Below are positions 20,282 to 29,453 of a stretch of 64,000 nt of DNA, piece by piece. How positions within the stretch are numbered: the first letter of the stretch is position 1; the number at the start of each line of letters is the position of its first letter. A program made the translations under genes and the position numbers. The notes under the pieces were generated by a model. That model had not been told where the DNA came from. It made no database searches and saw nothing but the letters and a program-made list of their open reading frames with translations. This stretch comes from Candidatus Melainabacteria bacterium 17Bon1m (GTDB lineage: Bacteria > Cyanobacteriota > Vampirovibrionia > Obscuribacterales > Obscuribacteraceae): positions 32,001 to 96,000 of the forward strand of contig JAVLKG010000006.1 in NCBI GenBank assembly GCA_032128875.1, in the 5' to 3' direction.

Positions 20282-20782
20282 ATGACGGCGACGCAGTCTT
20301 TGGGACGCAAGCAAATCAATCCGGAGAGCCGTGCACCCAAGGCACTTGGTTCTTACTCGCACGCTCTGCAAGTAGGACAGCTTGTGTTTGTGGCCGGACA
20401 GGGTTGTCGCGATGCGAAAACCGGCGTAGAAGCTGGTATTACACTTGATGGCGATGGCAAGGTGAAAGCCTACGACATAGAAGTGCAAACGGAAGGTGTG
20501 CTCAAAAACCTGGCAACAGTGCTGGAATCGGCAGGACTTTCCTTATCCGACGTTATCGATGCTACTGTCTTTCTCAAGTCAATGAGCGACTTCGACGCTT
20601 ACAACAAAGTTTGGGCAAAATACTTCACATCTGAATGCCCGCCGGCTCGCACTACTGTGGGCGTAGCCGATCTTCCCGGACGCAATTACATCGAAATCAA
20701 AGCCATTGCTATGGCACGCGAACCCGTAGAAGTGGAAGCTTCGGTAAGTTCGCGCATCGACTCCGGCGCCGCCAGTTTTTAA
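20282..20782 (+). CDS. RidA family imine/enamine deaminase, probable 2-aminomuconate deaminase
   Basis: APKALGSYSHA, FVAGQG, YNKVWAKYF, PPARTTV (catalytic Arg), IEIKAIA; context next to a muconic-semialdehyde dehydrogenase. Confidence 0.85.
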   Translation: MTATQSLGRKQINPESRAPKALGSYSHALQVGQLVFVAGQGCRDAKTGVEAGITLDGDGKVKAYDIEVQTEGVLKNLATVLESAGLSLSDVIDATVFLKSMSDFDAYNKVWAKYFTSECPPARTTVGVADLPGRNYIEIKAIAMAREPVEVEASVSSRIDSGAASF

Positions 20783-20794
20783 GTACAAAAGCTC

Positions 20795-20824
20795 AGAAGT
20801 TAAAGCGATAACGCTTTAACTTCT
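20795..20824. repeat. Dispersed 30-bp palindrome, copy 1
   Basis: AGAAGTTAAAGCG-ATAA-CGCTTTAACTTCT, perfect 13-4-13. Confidence 0.9.
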
Positions 20825-20881
20825 AGTGACCCCGAATGACAAAAAATCTGTAAACCCAACCAGTGAGAGGAATTAGAGAGC

Positions 20882-22351
20882 GTGACTACTCAAGTGAAGC
20901 GCAAAGTCAGACACCTGCACCATTTCATTGGAGGAGACTATGTAGGCTCCAAGTCGGGGAAGAGCTTCGATTCGTTTAACCCTGCAACTGGTGAGGTTCA
21001 CGCCACAGTTGCTCTTGGGGGCAAAGAAGAAATCGACCAGGCTGTAGCTGCTGCCAAAGATGCATTTGAAAACGGTCCGTGGCCTCGAATGTCAATGAAG
21101 GAACGCTGCGAGATACTGCGTCGCATTGGTGACTTGATCCTTTCGCGCAAAGAGGAGTTGGCGCAAGCCGAAACGCTCGACACGGGCAAACCAATTACTG
21201 AGAGCCTGACTGGAGACATCCCCCGCTCTGCACAGAATTTCCATTTCTTCTCTGACTACGCCCAGTCTTTAGGCGATGAGGTATTTACCTCTGCGCCTGG
21301 CGAAAAGCACATTGTTTCACGTGAGCCGCTGGGAGTCGTTGGACTTATTACCCCCTGGAATTTGCCACTTTATTTGGCAACATGGAAAATCGCTCCATGT
21401 CTGGCAATGGGTAACACTTGTGTTTTGAAACCTGCAGAATGGACACCGTACACAGCCTTTCTTTTGGCCGACATAGTCTCGCTTGCTGGTCTACCCAAGG
21501 GCGTTTTGAACATCGTGCACGGTCTTGGCGCGGACAGCGCAGGCGAAGCATTGACACGGCATCCTGATGTTCGTGCGATTTCATTCACCGGTGAAACAGG
21601 CACTGGGCGCGCAATCATGACAGCTGCTGCTGCCACACTCAAGAAAGTTTCTTTTGAGCTTGGCGGAAAAGGTGCAACCATCATCTTTGCAGATTCTGAC
21701 ATTGACGAAGCGGTAGAAACCGCCGCCAGAGCCGCCTACCGCAATCAAGGACAGATTTGTTTGGCTGGTTCTCGCTTGTTCGTCGAAGAGAGCGTGAAAA
21801 AACAGGTAGTGGACAAACTCTTGCAACGCGTCAAATCAATACGAGTTGGCGATCCCACGAAAGACAATACTCAGATGGGTGCTCTTATTAGCAAGGAACA
21901 TCTGGACAAAGTCGAAGGATATTTGGAAATCGGCGGAAAAGAAGGCAAGTTGATGACCGGCGGTCAACGTGTAAAAGAGCTTGGCGAGGGCTATTTCCTC
22001 TCACCTTCCGTCTTCTGTGATTTGCCTGTTGACTCAAAACTGATTCACGAAGAAATTTTTGGACCGGTATTGCCTGTGGTGCCATTCGCAAAAGAAGAAG
22101 AAGTCTTGAAGATGGTCAACGACTCTCCATACGGACTTTCTGCTTCAGTCTTCAGCAAGGATGTTGATCGCTGCTACCGGATGTCTAGTGGCATTAGAAC
22201 AGGGCTGGTCTGGGTCAATTGCTGGTTTGCCCGTGACTTGCGTACACCGTTCGGCGGCATGAAGTCCTCGGGTGTAGGGCGCGAGGGCGGTCGTTACAGT
22301 TTGGAATTCTTCTCGGAAGCGAAGACGATTTCCTACAAATATAAGATTTAG
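20882..22351 (+). CDS. Aldehyde dehydrogenase, 2-aminomuconate / 2-hydroxymuconate semialdehyde dehydrogenase family
   Basis: DIPRSAQNFHFF, TPWNLPLYLATWKIAP, FELGGK, NQGQICLAGSR, WVNCWFARDLRTPFGGMK.SGVGREGG. Confidence 0.9.
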   Translation: MTTQVKRKVRHLHHFIGGDYVGSKSGKSFDSFNPATGEVHATVALGGKEEIDQAVAAAKDAFENGPWPRMSMKERCEILRRIGDLILSRKEELAQAETLDTGKPITESLTGDIPRSAQNFHFFSDYAQSLGDEVFTSAPGEKHIVSREPLGVVGLITPWNLPLYLATWKIAPCLAMGNTCVLKPAEWTPYTAFLLADIVSLAGLPKGVLNIVHGLGADSAGEALTRHPDVRAISFTGETGTGRAIMTAAAATLKKVSFELGGKGATIIFADSDIDEAVETAARAAYRNQGQICLAGSRLFVEESVKKQVVDKLLQRVKSIRVGDPTKDNTQMGALISKEHLDKVEGYLEIGGKEGKLMTGGQRVKELGEGYFLSPSVFCDLPVDSKLIHEEIFGPVLPVVPFAKEEEVLKMVNDSPYGLSASVFSKDVDRCYRMSSGIRTGLVWVNCWFARDLRTPFGGMKSSGVGREGGRYSLEFFSEAKTISYKYKI

Positions 22352-22376
22352 ATAGAAAGCAGAGGCGTTCAATTTT

Positions 22377-23168
22377 ATGGACTTTGGAATTAAGGGCAAG
22401 CACGCGCTCGTGTGCGCTGCATCGCGTGGTTTGGGGTTTGCCATCGCTAAAGCGCTGGCGCAAGAAGGTGTGGACCTGATCATTAGCGCTCGTGATGAGG
22501 AAAAGCTCAAGCAGGCAGCAGAGGCTCTGAGAAAAATCGCAAATGTGAAAGTCGATTACATCGCCGGCGATCTGAGCGTCGAAGCAGACCGAAAGAAGTT
22601 GATTGAGTTTGCCAGAGAGAAGTCCGGTGGACTGGACATTCTCGTCCACAACGTTGGGGGGCCCAAAGCACAAGCCGCACAATCGACCAATTCTGCCGAC
22701 TGGCAGGAGGCTTTCGACAAGCTTTTCCTGCCCATTGTGGACCTCAATCAGACATTCTTGCCGGGAATGAAAGAGAAGAAGTGGGGCAGAATTATCACTG
22801 TTACTTCTCTTTCGGTAATCGAGCCGATAGCCAACCTGGCATTGTCAAACGGTATCCGCTCGGCAGTCACTGCTATGTTGAAAACTCTTTCCGACGAAGT
22901 GGCGCAGGACGGTATTACGGTCAATTGCCTGGCTCCCGGCTTGATTCAGACAGCTCGCACCGACGAGCTCATGGAGTCGCGGCGCAAGCTCACCGGGCAG
23001 TCCAAGGAAGAGTACATGACCGACTATGTGGCTTCTATTCCAGCCAGGCGGCTCGGCGATGCTGATGAATTTGGCGCAGTAGCGGCATTCCTTGCCTCCA
23101 AGCAGGCTCAATATGTGACTGGTCAGACCATTTGCATAGACGGCGGCAAACGGCGCTCAGTTCATTAA
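22377..23168 (+). CDS. Atypical short-chain dehydrogenase/reductase
   Basis: AASRGLG Rossmann motif; NVGGP; LSNGIR in place of YxxxK. Confidence 0.9.
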   Translation: MDFGIKGKHALVCAASRGLGFAIAKALAQEGVDLIISARDEEKLKQAAEALRKIANVKVDYIAGDLSVEADRKKLIEFAREKSGGLDILVHNVGGPKAQAAQSTNSADWQEAFDKLFLPIVDLNQTFLPGMKEKKWGRIITVTSLSVIEPIANLALSNGIRSAVTAMLKTLSDEVAQDGITVNCLAPGLIQTARTDELMESRRKLTGQSKEEYMTDYVASIPARRLGDADEFGAVAAFLASKQAQYVTGQTICIDGGKRRSVH

Positions 23169-23172
23169 AGCC

Positions 23173-23230
23173 AGACTTCAGTCGACAAATTTAGACTTCT
23201 GTCGACCGCTTTGAGTCGCTGTAGTATGAT
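23173..23230 (+). promoter_or_regulatory. Tandem direct repeat overlapping a putative promoter
   Basis: AGACTTCAGTCGAC (23173) and AGACTTCTGTCGAC (23193); TCGACC-N17-TATGAT. Confidence 0.5.
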
Positions 23231-23272
23231 TTGCGAGTCTTTATATATTGATGGGTTTTGAGGGTAACGAAC

Positions 23273-24439
23273 GTGAAATTTCTGGTGCTTGGCGCAGGAC
23301 GTATGGGCTACGCGGCAGTGTACGACCTGATCAGAAGTCCGAAGGTCGAAAAGGTAGTCGTTGCCGACAAGGACGCCAAGAGCGTGAAGGCTGCTGTTGA
23401 GCGGCTCAATGACCCGAAGATTGTGCCGGTCGAATTAGACATCACAAAAGAAAACGATGTCATCGCGCTGATGAAGAGTGTAGATGTCGCTATCAGCTGC
23501 GTCCCTTACGAGAATAATTACGAGTTGGCGAAAGCCGCGCTGGAAGCCAAAACCCACTTTGTAGATTTGGGCGGCAATGAAGAAGTTGTCGAAAAAACTT
23601 TCTTGCTCAACGAGCTAGCCAAAGAACGCAAGATCACCATCATCCCAGATCTCGGTTTGGCACCGGGTTTGGTATCAATATTGGCAGTTGCTGCCGCTGA
23701 CAGTTTTGACGAGCTATACGAAATTCGTATGCGTGTTGGTGGTTTGCCTGTGGACGCCGACAACTTCATGGGCTACAGCCATGTGTTTGCGCTCGAAGGT
23801 CTGATTAATGAATACGCTGAAGATGTGACTTTGATTCGTGATGGAAAGACAATGCAAGTGCCTTCATTGTCTGAATGCGAAAAGATTGAGTTTCCAAAAC
23901 CGTTTGGCATGATGGAAGCATTCACGACATCGGGCGGCATCTCTACTTTGCCAAAAACGTATGAAGGTAAAGTTCAGCACCTCGACTATAAGACCATCCG
24001 TTATAGAGGTCACTGCGAGCAGATGAACCTCTTGAAAGAGCTTGGCTTGATGAGCAAGGAGCAAGTAAAACTCAAAGGTGGCAAAGTCGTCCCACGCGAA
24101 CTGCTGATGCATCTTCTGGATGGAAAGCTCGCAAAAGATGAACCCGACGCAGTCATTCTGCGTGTGACAGTCACAGGCGTAAAAGACAAAGAACCCCGAC
24201 AGCTTGTTTGGGAAAGCATCGAATTCTCCGATCAGGCCGAGCGCCTTTCGGCCATGATGCGCATGACTGCTTTCCCGGCATCAATCATTGCCCAAATGAT
24301 CGCTCGCGGCGACATTAGAGAGCGTGGTGTCCTTCGCCAGGAAGAATGGGTGCCTGTAAAACTGTTTCTTGCCGAACTTCAATCACGTGGATTGAACCTG
24401 ACGCTGAATGACCGAGCTCCAGTCCCGACAGACAAGTAG
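23273..24439 (+). CDS. Saccharopine dehydrogenase-like / lysine 6-dehydrogenase family
   Basis: VLGAGRMG, DLGG, GLAPG, VGGLP, GLINEY, YKTIRYRGH, AMMRMTAFP; GTG start after GAGG. Confidence 0.88.
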   Translation: MKFLVLGAGRMGYAAVYDLIRSPKVEKVVVADKDAKSVKAAVERLNDPKIVPVELDITKENDVIALMKSVDVAISCVPYENNYELAKAALEAKTHFVDLGGNEEVVEKTFLLNELAKERKITIIPDLGLAPGLVSILAVAAADSFDELYEIRMRVGGLPVDADNFMGYSHVFALEGLINEYAEDVTLIRDGKTMQVPSLSECEKIEFPKPFGMMEAFTTSGGISTLPKTYEGKVQHLDYKTIRYRGHCEQMNLLKELGLMSKEQVKLKGGKVVPRELLMHLLDGKLAKDEPDAVILRVTVTGVKDKEPRQLVWESIEFSDQAERLSAMMRMTAFPASIIAQMIARGDIRERGVLRQEEWVPVKLFLAELQSRGLNLTLNDRAPVPTDK

Positions 24440-24452
24440 AAGAAGAATTTTG

Positions 24453-24500
24453 GGAGGCGCATGTGCCTCCATTAACAGGGAGCCGCATGCGGCCCCATAC
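24453..24500. repeat. Two REP-like GC palindromes with GCAT(G) centre
   Basis: GGAGGC-GCATGT-GCCTCC and CAGGGAGCCGCATGCGGCCCCATAC (21/25 identical to 47791-47815). Confidence 0.7.
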
Positions 24501-24514
24501 GAACCGTGGTTTAC

Positions 24515-24545
24515 AAAACGCCAGCCTGTGGGCGTTTTACATTTT
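24515..24545 (+). terminator. Terminator-like hairpin
   Basis: AAAACGCC-agcctgtg-GGCGTTTT then ACATTTT. Confidence 0.6.
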
Positions 24546-24667
24546 GTCATGGATTTAGATTAAATGTCCCCGTTTAATGTCCAGAGACATACCGCGTTTG
24601 GCTAGATACCTGTGTTGCGGTTCGAATAATCTTCTCATCCTGTGCCGGACACCCCGGAGGAAACTTA

Positions 24668-25660
24668 ATGAGCTTACTAGAGTCCGCTCGCGGCGAGACC
24701 ACTCTGTCGCCCGAGCAGTCTTCTCCCGTTCGCGTCCACGCTGAAGAGTCTCTCGCGAACGTTTCGGAAGCCTGGTCACCACGTACCGAAAAGTCGAGCG
24801 GCGCAAATCAACAGATAACGCCGGAAACAGCATTCTTGCCATTCACACGTTTTGCAATGGCAGACAACATCGACTTCAACCCACGTCAGACGCTCGGCTT
24901 GAGCCGCGCCTGGGGCTATTCCAAACACGATTCAGTAATGAATCCGGACGGCGGAAGCTGCAATGCATCCTCCACCTCCATGAAGTGCGAAGGTGGTCCG
25001 CGTCAATACAAAGGCGCCAACCAAGATGCACCGAACCTTTATGAAAATCAGCGCCAAGTCAACGGCAATACTATTACTACTAAGTACTTCGCTCCTGCCG
25101 GACCGCAAGTAAAGTCGCCGGAAAACTTCAGATACCTGAATAATCCCGCTTCTGAAGATTCGCTCGTTGTTGAGCCGCTCGTCTACAAGACCGATGTCGC
25201 TTCCGCTGCTCCGAAAGTACAAGACGCAGTAAATGTCCGTCTGGAGCGCGGTCTCGAGAAGCAAGGGCCAATCGAATGGCGTGAAAATTCTCTCGATGCA
25301 TTCGTAGAAGCAGTAGAAAATGAAAAGCCATTGGTAGTGGTGTTCGGAGATAACAACTCTCCTTTGTTCAACAAGCAAATCCAAGAAATGAGAGCTGACA
25401 AAGACAATTTGATGTCCAGACTTTCTCAACGCGCCGTGTTCGTAGTCGGCAAACCAACCGAAGATGAATACGCACGCCGCATGGCTAGCCACCTCAAGCT
25501 GACCGATTACCCAACCATCTCGGTAATCGCTCCGCGCACCGATCAATTGACTGAAACCTACAGAATGGAAGGCTACTTCAAGACTACCGACATCTTCTCG
25601 GATCTCGACAAAGCATTGCCCAAGAAGCAAGTTCCGCTCGGCGACTCCAGACTTGCTTAG
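24668..25660 (+). CDS. Hypothetical protein with probable C-terminal thioredoxin-like fold (no CxxC)
   Basis: GGAGG SD; C-terminal IEW...AFVEAVENEKPLVVVF...LKLTDYPTISVI...RMEGY pattern. Confidence 0.75.
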   Translation: MSLLESARGETTLSPEQSSPVRVHAEESLANVSEAWSPRTEKSSGANQQITPETAFLPFTRFAMADNIDFNPRQTLGLSRAWGYSKHDSVMNPDGGSCNASSTSMKCEGGPRQYKGANQDAPNLYENQRQVNGNTITTKYFAPAGPQVKSPENFRYLNNPASEDSLVVEPLVYKTDVASAAPKVQDAVNVRLERGLEKQGPIEWRENSLDAFVEAVENEKPLVVVFGDNNSPLFNKQIQEMRADKDNLMSRLSQRAVFVVGKPTEDEYARRMASHLKLTDYPTISVIAPRTDQLTETYRMEGYFKTTDIFSDLDKALPKKQVPLGDSRLA

Positions 25661-25817
25661 GTTAAAACCGCAGATTCGCTGCTCTAACCGGTTTCCAGTT
25701 TATTAGCGCAATTGTCAATCATTGAATTCTTGGACGCTATGGTCCACCATATCGGACTTGGACTCAGTTGAGCACGCACACCCGTTGTGCGCGAACATGA
25801 CGATTGGGAGAATAGCT

Positions 25818-27185
25818 ATGCCAGTGGACAGCAAAACCGACCTTGCGCAGTACATCTCGGATTCACGCAAAGCATTTGAAGCTGATCTGAAGTCACTAGT
25901 CGACCTTGCCGGCGTTTCAATGGATCCCGAACGCAAGCAAGAAATTTTGCGCACCGCAGACAGTGCTGCCGCACTTGTAAAACGCATGGGTGGCGAAGCG
26001 GAGATTGTTCAAACCAAAGGCAATCCAGTCGTGATTGCCTCTTTCACAACCGATAAAGCTAATCCAACAGTTCTTGTCTATAACCATCTTGATGTTCAAC
26101 CGGCTGACGCGGCGGAATGGAAGTCTGAGCCGTTCAACATGTCCATCGATGGCGACACTTACCGTGGTCGCGGCTCCACAGACGACAAGGGTCCAGCACT
26201 CTCAGTTCTTTACGCTGCTAACTACGCGCACAAAAACAATATTCCAATCAACGTAAAATTCGTTTGGGAGTTGGAAGAAGAGATCGGCAGTCCATCGTTC
26301 GAAGAGTTTTTAAAACAGAACAAGGAAAAGCTTGCCACAGACTCTATCGTCATCTCTGACACCATTTGGGTTTCGCGCGAACGTCCAGCAATTCCTTATG
26401 GATTGCGCGGACTGCAAGGCGTGTTGTTAAAACTGAAAACAGGAACGAAAGATGTCCATTCCGGTTTGACCGGCGGATTGGCGAGAAACCCAATTGGTGA
26501 GCTTTGTCAATTGATTGACCAATGCTACGACGCCAAGACCGGCAAGGTGCATATTCCAGGATTTTACGACGGAGCCAATGAGCCGACCGACGAAGAAGCC
26601 AGTCAATTCGTCAAATCCGGCTTCACTGTTGAAGGTTTCAAAAAGGCGCACGAACTTATCTCATTGCGGACGGACGACGCGAAAGACGGTTCTTTGAGAA
26701 TCTGGGCGAGGCCGACCTTTGAAGTGCACGGCATCACGGGTGGGTATCAAGGACCTGGCGTAAAAACAATAGTGCCGCACCAAGCCGAAGCAAAAATCAG
26801 TATGCGCCTGGTTCCGAATCAAGACCCCGAGAAGGTCTACCAGGCGTTCGAGAAGTTCGTCAAAGAGAAAGCTCCTGATGTAATCATCGAGAAAGAAGGA
26901 AGTTTGAAACCGTTCCTTGGCGAGTTTAAAGGCCCATTCGCTGATGCCGCTGTAGGTGCAATGAAGGAAGCATTCGGTGCCGATCCTGCTTTCACGCGTG
27001 AAGGCGGATCAATCGGTGCTGTCGTGAGTATGAAAGAAGTGCTCGGCAAACCGATTGTATTTCTTGGACTTTCTCTGCCCGAACACGGATATCACGCCAT
27101 CAATGAAAACTTCGACTGGCAGCAGGCTTCCGGCGGTATGAAAATGTTCGTCTCCTACTTCGAGCGGCTCTCCAAGATTAAATAG
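25818..27185 (+). CDS. M20 family metallo-dipeptidase
   Basis: YNHLDVQP, RGSTDDKG, EEEIGS, DVHSG, GGSIG, HAINENF; GGGAG SD before ATG 25818. Confidence 0.93.
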   Translation: MPVDSKTDLAQYISDSRKAFEADLKSLVDLAGVSMDPERKQEILRTADSAAALVKRMGGEAEIVQTKGNPVVIASFTTDKANPTVLVYNHLDVQPADAAEWKSEPFNMSIDGDTYRGRGSTDDKGPALSVLYAANYAHKNNIPINVKFVWELEEEIGSPSFEEFLKQNKEKLATDSIVISDTIWVSRERPAIPYGLRGLQGVLLKLKTGTKDVHSGLTGGLARNPIGELCQLIDQCYDAKTGKVHIPGFYDGANEPTDEEASQFVKSGFTVEGFKKAHELISLRTDDAKDGSLRIWARPTFEVHGITGGYQGPGVKTIVPHQAEAKISMRLVPNQDPEKVYQAFEKFVKEKAPDVIIEKEGSLKPFLGEFKGPFADAAVGAMKEAFGADPAFTREGGSIGAVVSMKEVLGKPIVFLGLSLPEHGYHAINENFDWQQASGGMKMFVSYFERLSKIK

Positions 27186-27251
27186 AAAACTGGTCGTTCA
27201 CCTGCCGTTCACTAATACCTAATAGACTTGAAGTTAGGGGGGTGAGGAAGG

Positions 27252-28805
27252 ATGAATTCTGATCGAAGAACAGAAACACGCGCTCGCACCGTTCTAGTCA
27301 TCGGTGCTACCGGCTATGTGGGAACGCGTCTTGTGCCGCTCCTTATTGCAGCGGGCTATCGTGTAAGGGCCGCCGGGCGTTCTCTCGAAAAATTGAAGTC
27401 GCGAGTTTGGTCAGGTCATGAGCAGGTAGAGCTGCAAGAACTCGATCTCAAAGATGTCGAGTCTGCGAAGAAGGCTGTGCGCGGATGCTCTGCAGTTTAC
27501 TACTTAATGCATTCGATGAATCCGCAGAATACAGACTTTGCTGAGGCTGACAGAATTGCCGCAGAAAACATGGTGGCTGTGGGGGAAGCTGAAGGTATCG
27601 AGCAACTCATTTACCTGGGCGGGCTTGGAGAAAGCGACACTAACTTATCTAAGCATTTGCGTTCACGAGCAGAAGTTGCCTCAATTCTTCAGACTGCTAA
27701 ATTTCCTGTGACGATCCTTCGTGCAGCGATGATAATCGGATCCGGCAGCGCATCTTTCGAGATTTTGCGCTACTTGGTCGATCGCTTGCCTGTTATGGTC
27801 ACGCCTCGCTGGGTGAGCACTTTATCTCAGCCGATTGCTATTCGTAATGTGTTGACTTATCTCGCAAACTCGCTGTTTTTGCCGGATGTCTATAATCAGT
27901 CGTTCGACATCGGTGGTCCAGAGGTTATTACATACCGGCAGTTGATGGAAACTTATGCGCGGGAAGCCGGGTTGCCTGTGCCTGCTATCGTTCCTGTTCC
28001 TGTTTTCACCCCGCGTTTGAGCTCTTACTGGATCAATTTTGTAACCCCAGTTCCTGCCTACATAGCGCGTCCTCTGGCTGAAGGTTTGAGAAATCCTGCT
28101 GTATGCACCGAGTCCAGAATAAGAGATATTATTCCGCAAGAACTTTTGACCTCTACTCAAGCCATAAGAATTGCAATAGACCGAATTCAGCATCATAAAG
28201 TCGAAAGTCATTGGACAGACGCAGGGAAGCTGCCGCCCGTAGAGTGGTTCAATTCCAATGATCCGGATTGGGCTGGTGGCACAGTCTACCAAGATGTTCG
28301 TGTTGCCGAAATAAAAGGCACTCCTGCCGACGCATGGAAGGCCGTCGCTCGCATTGGAGGAACCACCGGGTGGTACTACGCCAACTGGCTCTGGAAGCTG
28401 CGTGGCTACTTAGATTCGTTGTGGGGCGGTGTTGGTCTTAGAAGAGGTCGACGTCATCCTGATGAGTTAAGAACGGGTGACGCACTGGATTTCTGGCGCG
28501 TAAAATCTGTGGAAACTGAACGACGCTTGTTGCTAATTGCAGAAATGAGATTGCCTGGTCAAGCCGCGTTGGAATTTCAGATCAAGTCAAAAGGTAATGG
28601 GAAAACTGAAATACTACAGATAGCGCGCTTCTTGCCGAGTGGACTTTTAGGTTTGTTGTACTGGTTTGGAGTATCGCCCCTGCACGAATTTATCTTCACA
28701 GGGATGTTGAATGGTGTCGCTAACGCCTCTGGTTGCGCAGTATCGAAAAAGGCGCGCAGGGCGAGGAGCGAAACTTCCAATTCTGGTGTCTTGAAGACCA
28801 TTTGA
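27252..28805 (+). CDS. NAD(P)-binding extended SDR with C-terminal DUF2867/SRPBCC-like domain (YbjT-like)
   Basis: GATGYVG, YYLMHSM, SKHLRSR, GSGSASFE, GDALDFWRV, AEMRLPG. Confidence 0.9.
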   Translation: MNSDRRTETRARTVLVIGATGYVGTRLVPLLIAAGYRVRAAGRSLEKLKSRVWSGHEQVELQELDLKDVESAKKAVRGCSAVYYLMHSMNPQNTDFAEADRIAAENMVAVGEAEGIEQLIYLGGLGESDTNLSKHLRSRAEVASILQTAKFPVTILRAAMIIGSGSASFEILRYLVDRLPVMVTPRWVSTLSQPIAIRNVLTYLANSLFLPDVYNQSFDIGGPEVITYRQLMETYAREAGLPVPAIVPVPVFTPRLSSYWINFVTPVPAYIARPLAEGLRNPAVCTESRIRDIIPQELLTSTQAIRIAIDRIQHHKVESHWTDAGKLPPVEWFNSNDPDWAGGTVYQDVRVAEIKGTPADAWKAVARIGGTTGWYYANWLWKLRGYLDSLWGGVGLRRGRRHPDELRTGDALDFWRVKSVETERRLLLIAEMRLPGQAALEFQIKSKGNGKTEILQIARFLPSGLLGLLYWFGVSPLHEFIFTGMLNGVANASGCAVSKKARRARSETSNSGVLKTI

Positions 28806-28823
28806 TTCAGGGGAGGCGATTTT

Positions 28824-29453
28824 GTGAAAGGAAGAAACATTCTATTGCTCGGCGCCCTGGGCGTCGCGGGTGTGGCAGTAGCTGCAGCCAACGACCTATT
28901 TGCACATTACGAAGAGCCCGCTTACAAAGTCGATAAAAAAGACGGCGAATTCGAGATTCGTTCTTACCCGAGCGTTATCGCCGCTTCTGTACAAGTTGCA
29001 GGCAATGGAGAAAGTTCTGCCAATAATGCCTTTAAAATTCTTGCTGGCTATATATTCGGCAAAAATAAGCGTGCAACCAAAATCTCTATGACTGTGCCGG
29101 TTATTCAAGAATCAGCCGCAGAGAAGATAGCGATGACAGTTCCAGTCACCATGGAAATGCAAAACATGAGCATGTCGATGAGCTTTTACATGCCTTCCAG
29201 TTACACTCTGGACACTCTGCCAGAGCCGTTAGACAAACGCATTAAACTCGAACGCATTCCAGCAAGAAGATTTGCCGTAATAAAATTCTCGGGTTTTGGA
29301 ACCGAAACAAATTGCCGTAAAAAAGAAGAGCAACTAAGGAATTGGATCAAACAAAATACAGCAGAACAAGGCGGAGGGATACTTCGTGCCTTTTACAATC
29401 CACCCTGGACTCTTCCTTTTCTTCGTCGAAATGAAATCTGGATCTCTTTATAG
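28824..29453 (+). CDS. SOUL heme-binding protein with N-terminal signal/anchor
   Basis: EEPAY, FEIRSYP, LAGYIFG, KIAMTVPV twice, YNPPWTLPFLRRNEI. Confidence 0.93.
   Translation: MKGRNILLLGALGVAGVAVAAANDLFAHYEEPAYKVDKKDGEFEIRSYPSVIAASVQVAGNGESSANNAFKILAGYIFGKNKRATKISMTVPVIQESAAEKIAMTVPVTMEMQNMSMSMSFYMPSSYTLDTLPEPLDKRIKLERIPARRFAVIKFSGFGTETNCRKKEEQLRNWIKQNTAEQGGGILRAFYNPPWTLPFLRRNEIWISL

Noticed and set aside
21313-21328. parS-like TGTTTCACGTGAGCCG
   Set aside because: 13/16 match with one broken arm, inside the ALDH coding sequence, single occurrence
24932-25630. 232-aa antisense ORF
   Set aside because: The opposite strand has the SD-led, more protein-like ORF
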